Assembly (NCBI GenBank): GCA_043825735.1
Contig: JBDRRP010000129.1
Coordinates: 62,001-126,000, forward strand
DNA length: 64,000 nt
Direction of reading: 5' to 3'
Source: Pseudomonadota bacterium
Lineage (GTDB): Bacteria; Desulfobacterota; Desulfobacteria; Desulfobacterales; JBDRRP01
The notes under the pieces were generated by a model that was not told the origin of the DNA, ran no database searches, and was given only the letters and a program-made list of their open reading frames with translations. Made by a program: the position numbers and the translations under genes. This document shows positions 39,851-49,176 of this stretch, in pieces. How positions within the stretch are numbered: the first letter of the stretch is position 1; each line of letters opens with the position of its first letter.

Positions 39851-41017
39851 ATGAGCGGCCTAGTCAATCCTGATCTTATTCTAGATCTGAAAAAATTCGG
39901 TGTCTCCAGTGCATCGATCTGCTTTAATTGCGGCAACTGCACGGCGGTGTGCTCCCTGTCCTCCGAGTCGACGCCGTTTCCGCGCAAAGCGATCCGCTAC
40001 CTTCAGCTCGGACTGTCGGACAAACTGCTGGCCAGCCCGGAACCGTGGCTGTGCTACTACTGCGGCGATTGCAGCGAGACCTGTCCCCGTCAGGCCGACC
40101 CGGGGGAAGTCATGATGGGGCTCCGGCGGTACCTGACATCGCGCTACGACTGGACCGGCATATCGCGGCTGTTTTACACCTCAAAACCCTTTGAGATTTT
40201 CTCTATCCTGCTGGTGGCCGCACTGGTCGGGTTGGGATTTTACTTTTTCCACGGCCCCGTACTCACCGACCGCGTCGCCTTGAACGTGTTCGCCCCCAAC
40301 ACCACCATCGAGATCCTGGACCTCATCATGCTGGCGGTGCTCTCTTTCCTGCTGCTGAGCAACGCATGGCGGATGTTCACGGCCGTCATGGGGGATCCGG
40401 GTCAGTATCCGCCGTTGAGTTTTTCCGAGCAGCAACAGTTTCAAAACCGTCTCTTTCGGGGAATCCCCGTACCGATGTACCTTGCGGAGGCCAAGGAATT
40501 CATCGTTCAGTTTTTGACCCAGAAAAAGTTCAACGCCTGCGGCACGGCGGCCCAGCGCACCCAGTGGTTCAACCACCTGCTCATCATGACCGGCTATTCC
40601 ACCGTCTTTCTCCTGGTGGTGGTCGGCATCCGCTGGTTCCAGCGCGACGAAATCTACGCCCTGTGGCACCCGGTCCGGCTGCTGGGCTACTATGCCACCG
40701 CCGCGATTCTTTACGGAACCACCATGGCCATCCTGGGGCGCCTGGAAAAACGCAAGACCGTCTACGCCCACTCCCATTCGTCTGACTGGGCGTTTTTGAT
40801 CCTGCTGTGGCTGACCACCTTTACCGGCATCCTCATCCACTTCACGCGGCTTTTGGAAATGCCGCTGAGCACTTATGCCATTTACGTGATCCACCTGATG
40901 ATCGCGGTGCCCATGCTGGTCATCGAGGTCCCCTTTGCCAAGTGGACCCACCAGCTCTACCGGCCGCTGATTTTATATTTGATGAATGTGAAAAAGCGGG
41001 CCATGGCCCGAGGCTGA
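39851..41017 (+). CDS. QmoC-like subunit: HdrC-type 2x[4Fe-4S] domain + multi-TM heme-b domain
   Basis: CFNCGNCTAVC and WLCYYCGDCSETCP motifs; TM helices with His residues (NHLL, IHLM, KWTHQLYRP). Confidence 0.82.
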   Translation: MSGLVNPDLILDLKKFGVSSASICFNCGNCTAVCSLSSESTPFPRKAIRYLQLGLSDKLLASPEPWLCYYCGDCSETCPRQADPGEVMMGLRRYLTSRYDWTGISRLFYTSKPFEIFSILLVAALVGLGFYFFHGPVLTDRVALNVFAPNTTIEILDLIMLAVLSFLLLSNAWRMFTAVMGDPGQYPPLSFSEQQQFQNRLFRGIPVPMYLAEAKEFIVQFLTQKKFNACGTAAQRTQWFNHLLIMTGYSTVFLLVVVGIRWFQRDEIYALWHPVRLLGYYATAAILYGTTMAILGRLEKRKTVYAHSHSSDWAFLILLWLTTFTGILIHFTRLLEMPLSTYAIYVIHLMIAVPMLVIEVPFAKWTHQLYRPLILYLMNVKKRAMARG

Positions 41018-41053
41018 TAGCGTCGTTATTTAAAAAACAGAAAGGATACATCC

Positions 41054-41431
41054 ATGAGTGAGAAACAACCAGACAAGATTCTGTACATCGGCACCTGTGC
41101 CGCGGAAAACCCCGAAAAAGCGGCCATGCCCTTCGTTATGGGCATGGCGGCCATTGCCATGGACATGGAAGCGGTCGTTTGCCTTCAGGGAAACGGCGTC
41201 TATACCGCGCAGAAAGGTTACGTGGAGAAAATGCCCCCGCCGGGCGGCTTTCCCGCCATGGCCAAACTGCTTCCTGATTTTCTTGAACTGGGCGGCAAAC
41301 TTTTGGTCTGCGTACCCTGCATCAAGGATCGCAATATCCGCGAGGACGAACTGGTGGACGGCGCCCAGACAACGGCCGCCGGTGCCCTCAATATCCTGGC
41401 CACGGAGTCGAAGGCGGTCTTCGTCTACTAG
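41054..41431 (+). CDS. DsrE/DsrF-family sulfurtransferase-like protein
   Basis: ENPEKAAMPF, LQGNGV and LLVCVPCIKDR motifs. Confidence 0.82.
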   Translation: MSEKQPDKILYIGTCAAENPEKAAMPFVMGMAAIAMDMEAVVCLQGNGVYTAQKGYVEKMPPPGGFPAMAKLLPDFLELGGKLLVCVPCIKDRNIREDELVDGAQTTAAGALNILATESKAVFVY

Positions 41432-41487
41432 TGTCCACCCAATGTCGTTAATGTAAGTTTTTTTCAATCTGGGCAGATCACTCGTAC

Positions 41488-41615
41488 TCGAAATCGGGAT
41501 CACTATCGAAATCGAAAAACCGGTCGCTGGGCGTGGACATCATCGAACATGAACCATTCTGGCATCAAAAGCACGCACCTTTGTCAACCCCGATACCGAT
41601 TCCGATAGCGATTTG
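41488..41615. repeat. intergenic ATCG(A/G)/CGAT hexamer repeats in inverted arrangement
   Basis: GAAATCGGGATCACTATCGAAATCGAAA ... CCCCGATACCGATTCCGATAGCGATTT. Confidence 0.5.
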
Positions 41616-41704
41616 GATCCCGAAAAACCATTCATGGTGCCGGAAGCACAGGGCGAATACCGCACCAGCGGCAAGGCCTTGGCCGGCCACACCGGGAGTA
41701 TCAC

Positions 41705-42412
41705 ATGGAAACACAAGCGCTAAGCGATTCTCCGCGACGCATTACCGATCTGACAGATGCCGCAAAGGCAGGATTCGATGTCACCGTCGACAGGGTCTTC
41801 GACATTCTGCCGGTGGACTTTCACCACGCGGCCAATCCCTTTCATGCTTATATTTTCCTGGTTCATTACCAGGGCGCTGTCGCCGGAAAGCCATTTGCGT
41901 TCAGAAAGTGCTACGCCCGGGGCTGCCCCCATAACCTGTGCACCCATGTCCACCAGGCGGTAATCATCGCCAACCGTTATCTGGAAAGGGATCGGCAAAC
42001 ACTGGCTACGGCCGGCATCCTTCTCGAAGATAAAGGCTTCACCTTGGAAGACATGGTGGTGAAGTTCGAACGCCGCGACGAGCGCTCGGAGCCGGCCTTG
42101 ACCATCCCTGAGCTCATTGTGCTGGCGTCAGGGGCCGAGACCGCCATGACCGTGGCAGTATCCCTGGAATACATGCCCGCCGTGGAACACTTCGCCAACC
42201 AGAAAAACGCCCAGACCTATTTGAGCGGCGAGTTCATAGCTCAGCTGGCCGATAACACTTACCGGAGTCATCGCTGCTTTGCCTGCTACGGCACCGATAG
42301 CGCCGCGGAAGAAAAACCGCGGGCCGTCATCGTGGCCAACGCCCGGTTGGCCGAGATTTATAAAGCATTCGACAAGGCGGGGGCCGACTGCAAGAAAAGA
42401 CTTTTCATCTGA
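41705..42412 (+). CDS. conserved-looking hypothetical protein with Cys/His cluster
   Basis: 235-aa ORF with GGGAG RBS; KCYARGCPHNLCTHVH and HRCFAC. Confidence 0.75.
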   Translation: METQALSDSPRRITDLTDAAKAGFDVTVDRVFDILPVDFHHAANPFHAYIFLVHYQGAVAGKPFAFRKCYARGCPHNLCTHVHQAVIIANRYLERDRQTLATAGILLEDKGFTLEDMVVKFERRDERSEPALTIPELIVLASGAETAMTVAVSLEYMPAVEHFANQKNAQTYLSGEFIAQLADNTYRSHRCFACYGTDSAAEEKPRAVIVANARLAEIYKAFDKAGADCKKRLFI

Positions 42413-42518
42413 GCCCCCCCGCTACCGGCAATTCGGGCCGCCCGCTTTTCAGGCGGCCCTGTCAGCAACGTTTAACCAAGACGACACCACCCGCAAAGAT
42501 GCCGCCCCGGCCAATGGA

Positions 42519-42533
42519 GCGTTACCGTAACGC
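42519..42533. promoter_or_regulatory. putative UAS, motif 2 (CGTTAC)
   Basis: Perfect palindrome GCGTTAC-C-GTAACGC; CGTTAC recurs at 45353-45378 and 46441-46485. Confidence 0.55.
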
Positions 42534-42667
42534 AACCCATCGCCACTCACTACCGCCGGGCAAGGGCCCCCCGGGGCATCGCACCATCGCAAGTGACTGT
42601 GGCGTTTTCCCGTATAACCGCTTGAGTCTTGGCTTTTGTATGAATCAGAACGCATCCGGATCCGTTT

Positions 42668-42683
42668 TGGCACTGGTTTTGTA
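42668..42683 (+). promoter_or_regulatory. sigma54-like promoter toward flavodoxin
   Basis: TGGCACTGGTTTTGTA: perfect -24 element, TTGT instead of TTGC at -12. Confidence 0.5.
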
Positions 42684-42766
42684 TTGTGATCATCAGGTGA
42701 CGCCATATCATCGGCGACACACGCGACCTCTGACCAACGAACGACCTGAACGAAAGGATACTGCTC

Positions 42767-43258
42767 ATGAAGACATTGGTTGTTTACTCCAGCCAGACCG
42801 GCAATACCAAGAAGTTGGCCGAAACCGTCGCCGATACCCTCAACGGTGAAGTGAGCGTGTGCCACATCAGCAAGGCGCCGGCGCCCGACGGATTCGATCT
42901 GGTCGCGCTTGGATTCTGGCTGCAGGGCGGCAAGCCCGATCCCAAATCAACGGAATACCTCGCTGGAATCGGGACCTCCAGACTCTTTCTCTTTGCCACC
43001 CACGGCGCTGCAGCAGATTCGGCGCATGCCGCCGGCGCCATGGCGCAGGCCAAGGCCATGGCGCCGGCGGCGCAGATTCTCGGGACCTTCAACTGTCCGG
43101 GCGCGGTCAATCCTGCAGTTTTGGAAAAGGTCCGGAAAAAAGATCCTCAGCCGCCCTGGATCGGTGATGCCCCGGCGGCCGTCGGTCACCCGGATCAGGC
43201 CGACCTGGCGCGGCTGAAAGCGGCGCTGAGCGCTGCGCTTCCTGAGTTTGTTTCTTAA
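42767..43258 (+). CDS. flavodoxin family protein
   Basis: VVYSSQTGNTKKLA FMN-phosphate loop; GFW, FATHG and GHPDQADL motifs. Confidence 0.88.
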   Translation: MKTLVVYSSQTGNTKKLAETVADTLNGEVSVCHISKAPAPDGFDLVALGFWLQGGKPDPKSTEYLAGIGTSRLFLFATHGAAADSAHAAGAMAQAKAMAPAAQILGTFNCPGAVNPAVLEKVRKKDPQPPWIGDAPAAVGHPDQADLARLKAALSAALPEFVS

Positions 43259-43278
43259 ACATTAAGGTGGTGGACACC

Positions 43279-43665
43279 ATGGACATTGTTTCATTCGCCG
43301 ATATTTCCATTGTCTCGTGCGGCACGATGAGCATGGACATGATCGCGGGCGAACAAGCGCGCAACCGGATTGCCCAGGAGGTGGCCGGCGGGGAGCCCGT
43401 GTGGTGGATGACCCCGGGCTGGATCAAATTTAAAAAAGAGGTGTTCAAAGGCTGGGACAAGGCCGTGGCCAACGAGAATTTCCCCAGGCACTCCGGAGGT
43501 GCGATCATTCTCGACGGCATCGGGTATATGGACCACTATATGGAAGAAGCGCCCGAAGCATTTTTGGAATATGCCGACTGGATGGGGATACCGATCATCC
43601 CCTATCCCGTCAGCCTCGATCATTTCATTTCCTTGCTCAACGACGCGGCGACATCGCTTCAATAG
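43279..43665 (+). pseudogene. DUF1638-like protein, apparently with an internal in-frame deletion
   Basis: N-terminal IVSCGT motif joined almost directly to MDMIA...WWMTPGW; about 128 aa, shorter than I recall for the family. Confidence 0.45.
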
Positions 43666-43925
43666 GGTGTCGCAGGCATTCTCTTTTTCGGCCCCGCCTT
43701 TTTCAAATGATTGCGGAAAGCGAGCCAGCCGCCGCAGTGTGTTCGGACCCGGCGCAACGAAATGGCGGCATAAACGGCAGTGTGTGTCGACTACCGGCGA
43801 TCAAATCCTTTTTCCCTGCGCCGGCGGGCGTGTTCAAGGCGGCATTTGGTGGCGGGGTCGAAAAAGAGAATGCCTGCGGCGCCGCCCACTGTCAGAAACA
43901 TCATTTTCGAAGATCCTGCCGATTT

Positions 43926-45323
43926 TTACTGATCCGGCTGCAAAGGGATATCCCACCTTTTCATATACTTCCAGATGGCGGTGCGACTCAGTCCCACCCG
44001 CCGGCCGACCTCCGCCTTGTTCCAGTCGCACTCGGAGAGCAAATCGAGCAGCGCCGCCTTGGTAAGTTTTTTGCGCCGCTGAACGGCTCGTTTCGGCGCC
44101 TCAGTGCAGATTCCAGCGGAGTCCGGTTGCCGGATTTCAACGGGCAGATCAGCGGTGTCGATCTCTTTTCGATTGCACAGCACAAACGCATGCTCGATTG
44201 CATTTTCCAGTTCCCGGACGTTTCCCGGCCACGGGTGATCCATGAAAATACGCAGCGCTGCAGATGAGATACCTGCCACCTTCTTGCCTGTTTTTTCGTT
44301 CATGTGTTTGATGAAATGGTCCGTGAGAACCGGGATGTCTTCCCGGCGTTCTCTAAGGGGGGGCAGATGGATGGGAAATACCTTCAGCCGGTAGTACAGG
44401 TCCTCCCTGAAAAGCCCTTCGCGCACCCGCGCGTACAGGTCCTTGTGGGTTGCCGTGATGATGCGGATATCGATTTTGCGTTTTCGTGAATCCCCGACGC
44501 GCTCGATCTCTCTTTCCTGCAATACCCGAAGAAGTTTTACCTGGATGAAAGGGCTCAGCTCGCCGATTTCATCTAAAAAGATGGTGCCGCCGGACGCTTC
44601 CTCGAAGCGTCCCATGCGGTCCCGGCTGGCGCCGGTAAACGATCCCTTGACGTGTCCGAACAGCTCGCTTTCCAGCAGGTTCTCGGAAAGCGCGCTGCAA
44701 TTTACGGTTATCAGCGGGCCTTTGCGGCGATCGCTGTTGAAATGGATGGCGCCGGCGACCAGTTCCTTACCGGTGCCGCTATCGCCCTGAACCAGAATGG
44801 TCGCATCGCTGGCAGCGGCCGCCCGGATCGCACTGAACACCTGCTGCATGGCCCGGCTCTTGCCGATGATGTTGTCCAAACGGTGAATCTCGCCCAATCG
44901 CAGCGCGGCTTCTTCAACCTGTCTTCTCGCCCGCTTCAACTCGGTCATGTCGGTAACCGTCTCGACAATCCCGATGACCTTGCCATCATCGTCTTTCACG
45001 ACGCTGGCGTTTTTGATTACGGAAACATCATGCCCGTCCTTATGGCGCAACTGGCATTCTTTGGCCTCCGATTGTCCTTTTTCCACAATCCGGCACTTTT
45101 CAATGCTGGCCGGGCATTGCTTGTCAAAACACCGGCTGCACTGCAGCAGCCCACAGGTCTTTCCCAGGGCTTCGGTTGCCGAATACCCGCTGATCCGCGC
45201 CATGGACGGGTTCCACGACGAGATGCGCCCGGTGGCATCCATCGTAAACACGCCATCGGCCATGGCCTCGATGATCCGGTTCACGAAGCGGACATTCCAG
45301 ATTTCATGAATTTTATCGTGCAT
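43926..45323 (-). CDS. sigma54-dependent activator 2 (Cys-rich PAS, AAA+ with GSFTGA, HTH)
   Basis: [23 protein letters not shown] and WPGNVREL motifs; PAS CGLLQCSRC...C. Confidence 0.92.
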   Translation of the reverse strand: MHDKIHEIWNVRFVNRIIEAMADGVFTMDATGRISSWNPSMARISGYSATEALGKTCGLLQCSRCFDKQCPASIEKCRIVEKGQSEAKECQLRHKDGHDVSVIKNASVVKDDDGKVIGIVETVTDMTELKRARRQVEEAALRLGEIHRLDNIIGKSRAMQQVFSAIRAAAASDATILVQGDSGTGKELVAGAIHFNSDRRKGPLITVNCSALSENLLESELFGHVKGSFTGASRDRMGRFEEASGGTIFLDEIGELSPFIQVKLLRVLQEREIERVGDSRKRKIDIRIITATHKDLYARVREGLFREDLYYRLKVFPIHLPPLRERREDIPVLTDHFIKHMNEKTGKKVAGISSAALRIFMDHPWPGNVRELENAIEHAFVLCNRKEIDTADLPVEIRQPDSAGICTEAPKRAVQRRKKLTKAALLDLLSECDWNKAEVGRRVGLSRTAIWKYMKRWDIPLQPDQ

Positions 45324-45352
45324 CGGGTGTTGTGCTTTCGTATGAGGGCATG

Positions 45353-45378
45353 CGTTACCGTCCGTTACCATCCGTTAC
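45353..45378. promoter_or_regulatory. putative UAS, motif 2: three CGTTAC direct repeats with 10-bp period
   Basis: CGTTAC at 45353, 45363 and 45373, just upstream of activator 2. Confidence 0.6.
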
Positions 45379-45471
45379 TTTTTTTGCCGGCAATCTCGTA
45401 AAAGGTCAAGATAATTTACGCGCTGCATGGAGACAGGCACTACCAATTGAAATCGGACACGGCTTAGAAAA

Positions 45472-45487
45472 CGGCATTATACATGCA
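45472..45487 (+). promoter_or_regulatory. sigma54 promoter candidate
   Basis: CGGCATTATACATGCA, GG-N10-GC, about 40 bp upstream of the next gene. Confidence 0.5.
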
Positions 45488-45528
45488 TATAAAATCCCGT
45501 AGGACACCCAAACCTAAGGAGGTGACTT

Positions 45529-45792
45529 ATGTTTGCATTGATCTATGACACCCACGAATTGGACAAGCCGCAGAAAAGAGTGATTTCCAAGCATGAAACC
45601 CGGGAGGCCGCAGAAAAGGCACTGGAAGCCCGTCAAAAACGATTGGGAAGATCGGTTCAGGAATGTGATACCCGCATTGTCTGGCTCAAAAGTGACGTTC
45701 AGCCCGAAGATGTCGTGACCATCAAAGACTTTTCGACATGGAAGCCGGGAGAAAAGATCCCCTATGGGGAAACCCACCCCGACAGCGATTGA
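45529..45792 (+). CDS. small hypothetical protein
   Basis: 87-aa ORF with strong AAGGAGGT RBS. Confidence 0.8.
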   Translation: MFALIYDTHELDKPQKRVISKHETREAAEKALEARQKRLGRSVQECDTRIVWLKSDVQPEDVVTIKDFSTWKPGEKIPYGETHPDSD

Positions 45793-45964
45793 CATCGCAT
45801 CCCGTTGATGGCACTTTAATCACCACGGAGTTCACAGAGAATAACAGAAGCACTTGATTTTAGTGTTGCGCCCTGCGTGAACTCAGGGGTCATATCAATC
45901 TGCGAAATAACCAACTTGAGCGTCGTTGATAACTGATAGACGCCAGGTGCATGGAGGCGCGGCA

Positions 45965-46357
45965 ATGGAGATGGTGATCGATTTTCCGGGCGGCAAGCGG
46001 GTGAACTCAACCTACAAAGGGTTCACCGTAAAAACGGACCAACCGGTGAACGAGGGCGGCGACAATTCGGCGCCGGAACCCTATGACCTCTTTCTCTCAT
46101 CCATCGGCACCTGCGCCGGGGTCTATATCGTCTATTTTTGTGAGAGCCGCGGTATCCCGGCCGATGACATAACGATGGCCCTTCGGTTTGAAAGAAACGA
46201 ACAATCCCATTTGATGGAAAAAATATTGATCGACATCCGCCTCCCACCTGATTTTCCGGACAAATACCGCAAGGCGGTCATCCGCGCCGCCGAGATGTGC
46301 ACGGTCAAGCGAAACCTCATGAACCCACCGGAAATTCTGGTGACTGCAAACCAATAG
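45965..46357 (+). CDS. OsmC/Ohr family protein
   Basis: TDQP..EGG...APEPYDLFLSSIGTCAG and AEMCTVK (two conserved Cys); GGAGG RBS. Confidence 0.88.
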   Translation: MEMVIDFPGGKRVNSTYKGFTVKTDQPVNEGGDNSAPEPYDLFLSSIGTCAGVYIVYFCESRGIPADDITMALRFERNEQSHLMEKILIDIRLPPDFPDKYRKAVIRAAEMCTVKRNLMNPPEILVTANQ

Positions 46358-46440
46358 GCGCCGCCCGGGAACGTCTGTTTTAGCTCTCCCCGTGATGGGT
46401 GCACACTCACGAATTTCCGTCCAAAGCATCGGCGCATCTG

Positions 46441-46485
46441 CGTTACCGTTGCGTTACATTTCAAGAAAACCCAGCAAAGGTAACG
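46441..46485. promoter_or_regulatory. putative UAS, motif 2
   Basis: CGTTAC at 46441 and 46452; inverted GTAACG at 46480. Confidence 0.55.
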
Positions 46486-46594
46486 CTGAAATTACGCGTC
46501 GCCTTTCCTTCCAGCGCTCTCGCGCCAGACACATAAGCCCCTAACATACCGTTTTGGTTGCATATGTATCAATTCCAATCATCCGCCATCACGA

Positions 46595-46610
46595 TGGCAC
46601 GGATGTTGAT
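46595..46610 (+). promoter_or_regulatory. sigma54-like promoter
   Basis: TGGCACGGATGTTGAT: perfect -24 element, TTGA at -12. Confidence 0.55.
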
Positions 46611-46679
46611 AATGCCCTTGGTTGAAATCAAAAATACCGGCCTCCGGCACGGTTAACGGATCAACCAAAGGAGAACAAC

Positions 46680-48338
46680 ATGTGGCGCGTGCTTTCGTTT
46701 TTACAAAAAAACCTGGTCTGGTCGATTCCCATATCCATGACGATCGGTCTGCTGTTCGGTTATTTCTTCGATGCCAGCCCATTGAAGCAATTCATTATTC
46801 CGGTCACCTTCATCATGGTTTATCCCATGATGGTAACCCTGAATGTGAAAACCATCTTCAAGGGCCAGGACTATAAACTGCAGTTGACCACACAGATCAT
46901 CAATTTTGTCCTCGTGCCGCTATTGGCCTTTTATACCGGTAAATTCTTCTTTGCCGGCGGGCCGGAAAAATATGGCCTCTGGGCCGTTGGCTTGTTTCTC
47001 ATCGGCGTGCTGCCCACCTCGGGGATGACCATTTCTTGGACCGGATTTGCAAAGGGAAACAAGGAAGCGGCCATCAAAATGGTGGTCTTCGGGTTGGTGC
47101 TTGGCGCCCTGGCGGCCCCGGTCTATACCAAGATCTTCATGGGTGCCACCATCGATGTCAATATGCTGCATATGTTCAAACAGATCGCCCTGTTTGTCTT
47201 CGTACCGCTGTTTGTCGGGTTGTTGACCCAATATCTTCTCTTGAGCAGATACGGGCGACAGGTGTGGAACGATCGCATCAAACCGAAATTCCCGCCCTTC
47301 TCTGCGCTGGGCGTCATCCTGATCGCTTTTGTGGCCATGTCGCTGAAAGCGAAAAACATCATCGCCAACCCGGGAGATATTCTCACCATTCTGGTGCCAT
47401 TGACGGTGTTCTATCTCGTCACCTACGGATTGCTAACGGTGGCCGGGCGACTCTTTTTCAAGCGTGAAGATGCCATCGCCATGGTCTTTGGCGTGGTGAT
47501 GCGGGATCTGTCCATCGCCCTGGCCATCGCCATGACGGCTTTTGGCAAGCAGGGGCTGACCATCGCCCTGCTTATCGCGCTGGCCTATGTGGTCCAGATC
47601 CAGTCGGCCGCCTGGTATGTGCGCATCGTGGGCAAACTGTTTAAAGACGAGAAGTCTCCGAGCAAAAACGATGATCTTCCGCTCGCCCGATCAGCAACGG
47701 TCACCGAACTGCCTGTGCGAATGGCGCCGATCACCGAATCGGCCGTTCCGTCGATTCAAAAAATCCTTTATGCCACTGACTTGTCGCAAACGGCGCGCCA
47801 CGCGGTGCGTTATGCGTGCAGCATCGGTAACAGTTTCGGCGCCAGTGTCACGGTGCTCCATGTCATTCCCGACGTGCTCGAATCGCTTTCCAGAGAAGCG
47901 GGCATCGACCTGGCCGACCACATGGGCAAAAAAGCGTGGGCCGACTTCAATGCCAACGGCATCGAAAAAGCGCGGCAGGCGATCTATGAGCGTATCCGGG
48001 AAACGTCCCGCAGTGTAACCAGAGAACTTCCCGCCTGCCCCCTGGCCGAGGAAAATATCATCGTCAAGGTGGGCAACCCTGTCAAACAGATTGTTTCCAC
48101 GGCGCAGGAAGGCGGCTTTGAGCTTATCATCATGGGGACTCACGGCCACGGGAAAATGGAAGAGCGAATTATCGGCAGCACGGCCAACGACGTCATCCGA
48201 TTGAGCTACGTTCCGGTAATGGTGATTCGCCTTCCCGAGGAAGCCACTGCGGCGGGATGTCACCGCCAGGGTCATATTAGTAAAAGCGCTGCGGCGCCCG
48301 TGCCGGCCGCTGCAGTACGAACATCCATGGGCGAGTAG
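46680..48338 (+). CDS. ACR3/bile-acid:Na+ symporter (SBF) family transporter fused to a universal stress protein domain
   Basis: MVYPMM, NFVLVP, WTGFAKGN and RDLSIALAIA motifs; USP domain KILYATDLS...LHVI...IIMGTHG...IGSTANDVIR..VPVMVI. Confidence 0.85.
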   Translation: MWRVLSFLQKNLVWSIPISMTIGLLFGYFFDASPLKQFIIPVTFIMVYPMMVTLNVKTIFKGQDYKLQLTTQIINFVLVPLLAFYTGKFFFAGGPEKYGLWAVGLFLIGVLPTSGMTISWTGFAKGNKEAAIKMVVFGLVLGALAAPVYTKIFMGATIDVNMLHMFKQIALFVFVPLFVGLLTQYLLLSRYGRQVWNDRIKPKFPPFSALGVILIAFVAMSLKAKNIIANPGDILTILVPLTVFYLVTYGLLTVAGRLFFKREDAIAMVFGVVMRDLSIALAIAMTAFGKQGLTIALLIALAYVVQIQSAAWYVRIVGKLFKDEKSPSKNDDLPLARSATVTELPVRMAPITESAVPSIQKILYATDLSQTARHAVRYACSIGNSFGASVTVLHVIPDVLESLSREAGIDLADHMGKKAWADFNANGIEKARQAIYERIRETSRSVTRELPACPLAEENIIVKVGNPVKQIVSTAQEGGFELIIMGTHGHGKMEERIIGSTANDVIRLSYVPVMVIRLPEEATAAGCHRQGHISKSAAAPVPAAAVRTSMGE

Positions 48339-48439
48339 ATCCTGTCGATTTTACCTCGATGGGTTTCTTCGTCACGGGAAATCTGGATGCTGCCGCCAAA
48401 AGCGGCGCCTGCGGTTAACAACGAAAGGAGAAAGACACC

Positions 48440-48757
48440 ATGAAAGCAAAGAACTGCTGTAAAACAATGGAAATGGAACTTACCGGCTGGAAGGCGATCG
48501 TATATGATATCGCCCGTAAAATGGAAACCGTGCCCGGCGGGGAGAAAAGCCAGATGCTGCCGCACCTGGAAGATCTTCACATGCTCATCGCCGAGATGGA
48601 CGAACGGATCGACCAGATCCGTGAAAACTGCACCCCGGAAACCGGGATGGACGACATTGTGGCCGAGCGTGAAGCGTTCAACCGCTCGATCTCCACGCTC
48701 CGCGTAACCACGGAGGAGGCCATGAAAGGGCTGGGCGGGGGCAACTTCGGCGGTTAG
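48440..48757 (+). CDS. hypothetical helical protein
   Basis: 105-aa ORF with AAGGAG RBS. Confidence 0.78.
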   Translation: MKAKNCCKTMEMELTGWKAIVYDIARKMETVPGGEKSQMLPHLEDLHMLIAEMDERIDQIRENCTPETGMDDIVAEREAFNRSISTLRVTTEEAMKGLGGGNFGG

Positions 48758-48855
48758 GCGCCGCGATCCGAGCGACCAGCGGCGTGATCAGCGGGGGCGG
48801 CAATCCATCAAATTGCCGCCCTTTTGCCATGACAAGGCCCCAGGGGAGAACGGCA

Positions 48856-49176
48856 ATGACGGAAAGACTCCGAATAACGCACAGCTATTTTAAGCGGTCT
48901 ATCTCGCACGGGGTGACGCTGGTCGATTTCGACGCGCCCTGGAGCAGCCCCTGCCGCGCCCAGAAGCCGGTCCTCGAGACGCTGAAAAGCCGTTACCGCG
49001 GAAAGGCTGCGGTCCAAGAAATCAATATCGACGAAAACCCCGCCATCGCCATGGATTTCGGGATTCAGAGCATACCGACCACCATCATTTTCAAAGAAGG
49101 CCGCGAAATCTTCCGCTTCATCGGCCTCCAGCCACGCAAGACACTGGAAAAAGCCCTTCGCGCGGCCCTTTCCTGA
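48856..49176 (+). CDS. thioredoxin-like protein with SxxC active site
   Basis: LVDFDAPWSSPCR, INIDEN and IQSIPT.IIFKEG motifs; GGGGAG RBS. Confidence 0.85.
   Translation: MTERLRITHSYFKRSISHGVTLVDFDAPWSSPCRAQKPVLETLKSRYRGKAAVQEINIDENPAIAMDFGIQSIPTTIIFKEGREIFRFIGLQPRKTLEKALRAALS

Noticed and set aside
35255..41431. Canonical sulfur-oxidising sHdr system or methanogen-type HdrABC
   Set aside because: No HdrB (CCG-domain) subunit and no lipoate-binding proteins in the window
46680..48338. Arsenic resistance operon
   Set aside because: No arsR or arsC nearby, and the transporter lacks the ACR3 catalytic Cys
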